A DNA stretch of 64,000 bases, taken from Atribacterota bacterium. Its GTDB lineage: Bacteria; Atribacterota; Phoenicimicrobiia; Phoenicimicrobiales; Stramentimicrobiaceae. Every line of letters starts with the position of its first letter. Within the stretch, counting starts at the first letter, position 1. Position numbers and translations under genes: made by a program. This document shows, piece after piece, positions 60,213 to 64,000 of this stretch. The notes beneath the pieces are model-generated. The model searched no databases. It was not told where the DNA came from and saw nothing but the letters and a program-made list of their open reading frames with translations. The DNA is taken from contig JAXGNR010000007.1 in NCBI GenBank assembly GCA_040767965.1, forward strand, positions 1-64,000, read 5' to 3'.

Positions 60213-61266
60213 TTTCCCCTCCTGAACTTTTACTATTAGGCTGTACAATTATATTAAGCAATCTGTCAACATTATCTTTTTGATAATATTCCTCAATTTC
60301 TTGGAGAGAATATTTTTTGTAAGGTATTTTTTCTAAAGGCATTTTATAATTTTCAATCATCTGTAATGCTTTTTCAAATTCCCAGGAGTAATTAGAAATG
60401 CCCAATAAATCAAGTTCTTTTTTTGCAAATTGGGACTGAGAAATAGATAACATTTTGTCGGGAAAACTGAAAGGTATTATATACTTACCTTCTGGGGCTA
60501 TCTGGTTGTAAATTTCTTCGTTATTAACTCCCAGATTGTTTTTTGAGTAGTCGGATTGAATAACTATATTAAATTCTTTATTAGTAGCATTAGTATTTAT
60601 AATATCTATCTCAAGGCTATCAGTTATTTCTTTTTCTGCTGGGCTTATTTTTTCTTGAACAATTACTACAGGGTCCAATCCTGCTATTTTAGCAACCAAA
60701 GCACAAGCTATGCTAAAATTATTTAACCCAAGGATAGAAATACTTTTACCAATTCCTCCTTCTCCTTTTTTAAGGATGCATTTTATAGCTTTGGCAACAA
60801 GCCCTGCTAAAGCATATTTTTCAAGCGGTAAATCTTTTTTTAGCTTATGCACTCTTGAACCTTTTAACAATATCATATATTGACTGTAACTTCCCAGCAA
60901 GTATGGTTCTTTATCTGCAGGTAAATGTCCGTAATATTTTTTTTGTACACATAAAGCATAATTCCCCTTTAAGCAAAATTGACATTTTTTACATAAAATA
61001 ACCGGCTCCACAAAAACCAGATCACCTGCATCAACATTATATTCAATTTGAGCTTTTCCCCCTATTTTTACAACTTCTCCGATAGCCTCCGATCCAGGGA
61101 TAAACGGGAAATTCCTCTCGGTATCATCATTAAGAAAACTTAATGGAATAAAAGGAGATCCTGATACTTTTACCAGTACTTGAGTTTCATCAATTTCTGG
61201 AACTATATAAGTATATAATTCCATTTCTAAGTCTTTATTGATACGGATACTGTTAGCTTTTAACAT
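60202..61266 (-). CDS. Degenerate MDR-family dehydrogenase-like protein
   Basis: Keeps CKKCQFCLKGNYALC and GxYSQY but lacks the catalytic Cys, has GSE for GHE and GLNNFS for GxGxxG. Confidence 0.7.
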   Translation of the reverse strand: MLKANSIRINKDLEMELYTYIVPEIDETQVLVKVSGSPFIPLSFLNDDTERNFPFIPGSEAIGEVVKIGGKAQIEYNVDAGDLVFVEPVILCKKCQFCLKGNYALCVQKKYYGHLPADKEPYLLGSYSQYMILLKGSRVHKLKKDLPLEKYALAGLVAKAIKCILKKGEGGIGKSISILGLNNFSIACALVAKIAGLDPVVIVQEKISPAEKEITDSLEIDIINTNATNKEFNIVIQSDYSKNNLGVNNEEIYNQIAPEGKYIIPFSFPDKMLSISQSQFAKKELDLLGISNYSWEFEKALQMIENYKMPLEKIPYKKYSLQEIEEYYQKDNVDRLLNIIVQPNSKSSGGENVE

Positions 61267-61318
61267 ACCTTTTCCTATTATCTTTCTTATTTAGATATTT
61301 TTTTGATTTAAAACTAAG

Positions 61319-62527
61319 CTATAATAACTCATTTATTAATAATTTTGCTGGATTTTCTAACCAGACATTCACTTCCTTTGCAAATTTAGCAATTTGGGCA
61401 CCATCAATTACCTGGTGATCATATGAAATACATAAATTCATTATTTTTCTTATTTTAATTTGATCATTATCATCCACTATTGGCTTTTTAGACATTTTAC
61501 CCATCCAAAGTAAAACACTTTGGTCTCCCTGGATTATCGGGGTAGATAAAATAGAGCCAAAGCTGCCAGCATTAGAAATAGTAATTGTGCCATTGCCAAT
61601 ATATTCAGGAGTCAATGTTCCCGTTCTAGCATTTTTAATTAAAGCGTCAATCTTTTTAGTTAATTGCCAGAAAGACAGCTTTTCGGTATTATGAATAACT
61701 GGTACTATCAATCCACTTTCACTTTCAACAGCTATTCCAAAATTAATATATTTTTTGATTATTATCCGGTCCCCTGATAAAGTCGAGTTAATAATCGGAA
61801 ATTTTTTAATTGCTTCAATGGCAGCCTTCACAACAAATGCAAGCAATGTCAAATTGATACCATGTTCTTCTTTCAGGTCAGTTTTTAACATATTTCGAAT
61901 AATTTCTGTATTAGTGACATCAACTTCCAGGGTAGTTGTCACCTGTACTTTATTATTTTTGCTTGCTGTTAATCTTTTTGCAATCTCTTTCCTGATTCCT
62001 TCAAAAGCTATAACTTCTTCATCTTTATTGTCTTCTATTGCGGTTTTCCCTTCAAGATATTTTAAGACATCTTTTTTTGTAACTGAGTTATCTGGTCCCG
62101 TTCCGGCTATTTTGCTTATATCCAAATTGTTTTGTTTAGCAATGTGTTTTGCTGCAGGAGTGGATTTATTGTTTTTATTATTTTCCAAATCCAGGTCAAC
62201 TTGTTTTTTTATAGTGTTTTTTTCAAAAACTTTTTGTTCTTGCTCCTGGCTGATTTGTGGTTTTTGTTTTTCTGAAATAAAATCCATTTCTTTGGTCTCA
62301 CTCACTAAAGCTAACGCTTCATTTACTTTTACCAGCTCACCTGCATTATATAATTTCTTCATTAAAAACCCATTTATAGGAGATACGACTTCAAAGGTTA
62401 CCTTGTCTGTTTCGACTTCTGCAATTGGTTCATCTTTTTTAATTTCGCTTCCTTCTTCTTTTAACCAATTAACAATTTTAGCATCAAGAATAGCTACCCC
62501 TAAACTGGGTAATGTTACTTCAATCAT
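61319..62527 (-). CDS. Dihydrolipoamide acyltransferase (E2) of a 2-oxoacid/acetoin dehydrogenase
   Basis: Lipoyl domain VETDKV, E3-binding TPAAK...GTG, catalytic DHQVIDG. Confidence 0.92.
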   Translation of the reverse strand: MIEVTLPSLGVAILDAKIVNWLKEEGSEIKKDEPIAEVETDKVTFEVVSPINGFLMKKLYNAGELVKVNEALALVSETKEMDFISEKQKPQISQEQEQKVFEKNTIKKQVDLDLENNKNNKSTPAAKHIAKQNNLDISKIAGTGPDNSVTKKDVLKYLEGKTAIEDNKDEEVIAFEGIRKEIAKRLTASKNNKVQVTTTLEVDVTNTEIIRNMLKTDLKEEHGINLTLLAFVVKAAIEAIKKFPIINSTLSGDRIIIKKYINFGIAVESESGLIVPVIHNTEKLSFWQLTKKIDALIKNARTGTLTPEYIGNGTITISNAGSFGSILSTPIIQGDQSVLLWMGKMSKKPIVDDNDQIKIRKIMNLCISYDHQVIDGAQIAKFAKEVNVWLENPAKLLINELL

Positions 62528-62543
62528 TATTTTCCTCCTTTAA

Positions 62544-63524
62544 TTATACTTCCCTACAAGCTTGCATGATATCCTCGACAGAGGGAACAATATACTTTTC
62601 ACCATAACGACTGCCGGGAATAGGGACATTATGAGCTCCTACTCTCTTAATTGGTGCATCAATTTCAGTTATCAATTCTTCTGCAACAATTCCAGCAATT
62701 TCGCTGCCTACTCCACCAGCTTTAACTCCATCTTCAACAATAATCAACTTATTGGTTTTTTTTATTGAATTAAATAAAGTTTCTTTATCAAAAGGAACTA
62801 AAGTTCGAGGATCGATTACTTCAATATCTATACCTTCTTGACTTAGTTTTTCAGCAGCCTCAAGGACTTTATGACAAGCATAACTCCAGGCTAATACTGT
62901 AACATCATTCCCTTCTTTTCTAATAACAGCTTCTCCAAAAGGAATGGTATATTCCTCTGAGGGAACCTGCCCTCTTTTCCCATATAAAAGTTTATGCTCA
63001 AAAAATATCACCGGATTATCTTCCCTGATAGCAGTTTTGAGAAGTCCTTTAGCATCATAAGGAGTTGAAGGTATCGCTATCTTTAAACCTGGATAATGAA
63101 GAAAAGTTGCTTCAACAGTTTGTGAATGATGTAATCCAGATCCTGTGCCAACTCCTGCACCTGCAGCTCTTATAGTCAATGGTACTTTAAACTTTCCTCC
63201 ATTACACATATAACGATATTTAGCAACCTCATTAATTACTGCGTCTCCAGCTAGCAACAAAAAGTCACTATACATTAATTCTACAATTGGCCTCATCCCT
63301 ACCAGGGATGCCCCTAAAGCAGCACTAACAAAACCATTTTCCGAAATGGGAGTATGGAGAACTCTTTCATTACCAAATTCCTCATGTAATCCCCCAGTAA
63401 CTCCCCACACGCTATACCTTATATCTTCACCCATTAAAAAGACTTTTTCATTCTTTTTCATTTCTTCATAGATTGCTTCTTTTAAAGCAATAGCATAAGT
63501 TATTTCTCTATCCATTTTCCCCAC
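62544..63524 (-). CDS. 2-oxoacid/acetoin dehydrogenase E1 beta subunit
   Basis: MGEDI, TPISE, HHSQ, FFEHKLLY, IDPRTL.P.D. Confidence 0.92.
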   Translation of the reverse strand: MGKMDREITYAIALKEAIYEEMKKNEKVFLMGEDIRYSVWGVTGGLHEEFGNERVLHTPISENGFVSAALGASLVGMRPIVELMYSDFLLLAGDAVINEVAKYRYMCNGGKFKVPLTIRAAGAGVGTGSGLHHSQTVEATFLHYPGLKIAIPSTPYDAKGLLKTAIREDNPVIFFEHKLLYGKRGQVPSEEYTIPFGEAVIRKEGNDVTVLAWSYACHKVLEAAEKLSQEGIDIEVIDPRTLVPFDKETLFNSIKKTNKLIIVEDGVKAGGVGSEIAGIVAEELITEIDAPIKRVGAHNVPIPGSRYGEKYIVPSVEDIMQACREV

Positions 63525-63536
63525 CCTCTCATTTAT

Positions 63537-63998
63537 TTAACAAAAAACATTTGATAAATAATCATCTTTGGTTGGATATTCACTATTTACAGCAAATTCC
63601 TCAGCAATATCCATCTCTTGTTCGGAATCATGTTTTATCTTGTTGATTATTTCAGTGCTCAATATTTTTTCCTGTAATAATTCATTTTCTAATCTGTTTA
63701 TGGGGCATTTTTCCTTCCAGGAATCAACTTCTTCCTTTGGACGATATCCGCCATAATGTATTTTATCAATCGGGTTATGTCCATCCCATCTGTAAGTCTT
63801 AGTTTCAATTAAAGTAGGGCCTTCACCATTACGTGCTCTTTCAACTGCCTTAGAAGTAGCATAATAGATAGATAAAATATCATTTCCATCAATAACATAA
63901 TTTTCCATGTCATAACCTAATGATCTACTACCTATATTTTGGGCTGAGGTAGTATCTTTAGCAGAAGAAAATATGGCATAAGAATTGTTTTCACAGAA
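63537..63998 (-). CDS. 2-oxoacid/acetoin dehydrogenase E1 alpha subunit, 3' part only (starts outside the window)
   Basis: Frame open to the window edge: FCENNSYAI (end of ThDP motif), DGND, GPTLIE.KTYR..GH. Confidence 0.9.
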   Translation of the reverse strand, partial: FCENNSYAIFSSAKDTTSAQNIGSRSLGYDMENYVIDGNDILSIYYATSKAVERARNGEGPTLIETKTYRWDGHNPIDKIHYGGYRPKEEVDSWKEKCPINRLENELLQEKILSTEIINKIKHDSEQEMDIAEEFAVNSEYPTKDDYLSNVFC

Positions 63999-64000
63999 AT

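Noticed and set aside
61755-62543. 262-aa plus-strand ORF
   Set aside because: Antisense shadow of the E2 gene; Ser/Phe/Ile-rich with no recognisable motif
539-63756. Many 60-135 aa ORFs overlapping annotated genes (e.g. 8728-9117, 14207-14584, 25359-25700, 47877-48278, 37271-37582)
   Set aside because: They lie antisense or out of frame within well-supported genes and show no family motifs
1-64000. CRISPR arrays, IS elements, prophage or defence genes, tRNA/rRNA
   Set aside because: No repeat-spacer periodicity, transposase/integrase motifs or structural RNA signatures seen by eye

Overview
AT-rich bacterial chromosomal segment, apparently from an anaerobe (W/Mo aldehyde:ferredoxin oxidoreductase, corrinoid proteins, sulfide-dependent homocysteine synthesis). 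Almost all genes are on the minus strand; only thiN, thrC and metF are on plus. I saw no rRNA, tRNA, CRISPR array or mobile element. In order: a TPP riboswitch ahead of a truncated thiamine-binding protein gene; a frameshifted AOR plus an Fe-ADH; thiN, an aminotransferase, proC, an M20 peptidase, an LDH2-family enzyme and thrC; phoB/phoR-arsC-pstSCAB-phoU with Pho boxes; a YgiQ radical SAM gene; a homocysteine/methionine cluster; a liv-type ABC transporter; a complete his operon with an embedded HAD phosphatase; several housekeeping genes; a fab operon (fabH, K, D, G, F, Z and a FabX-like gene) with a FapR-like box; and an uncharacterised catabolic cluster (E1/E2, two Zn-dehydrogenases of which one is degenerate, TctABC, RraA-like aldolase, LDH2). 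The best candidate for a new system is 20750-27751: a split B12-dependent methionine-synthase-like cluster in which a UroD/MtaA-fold protein sits where the homocysteine-methylating module would be expected, next to the methanogen-type homocysteine genes. All family calls come from motif recognition by eye; no database searches were run.
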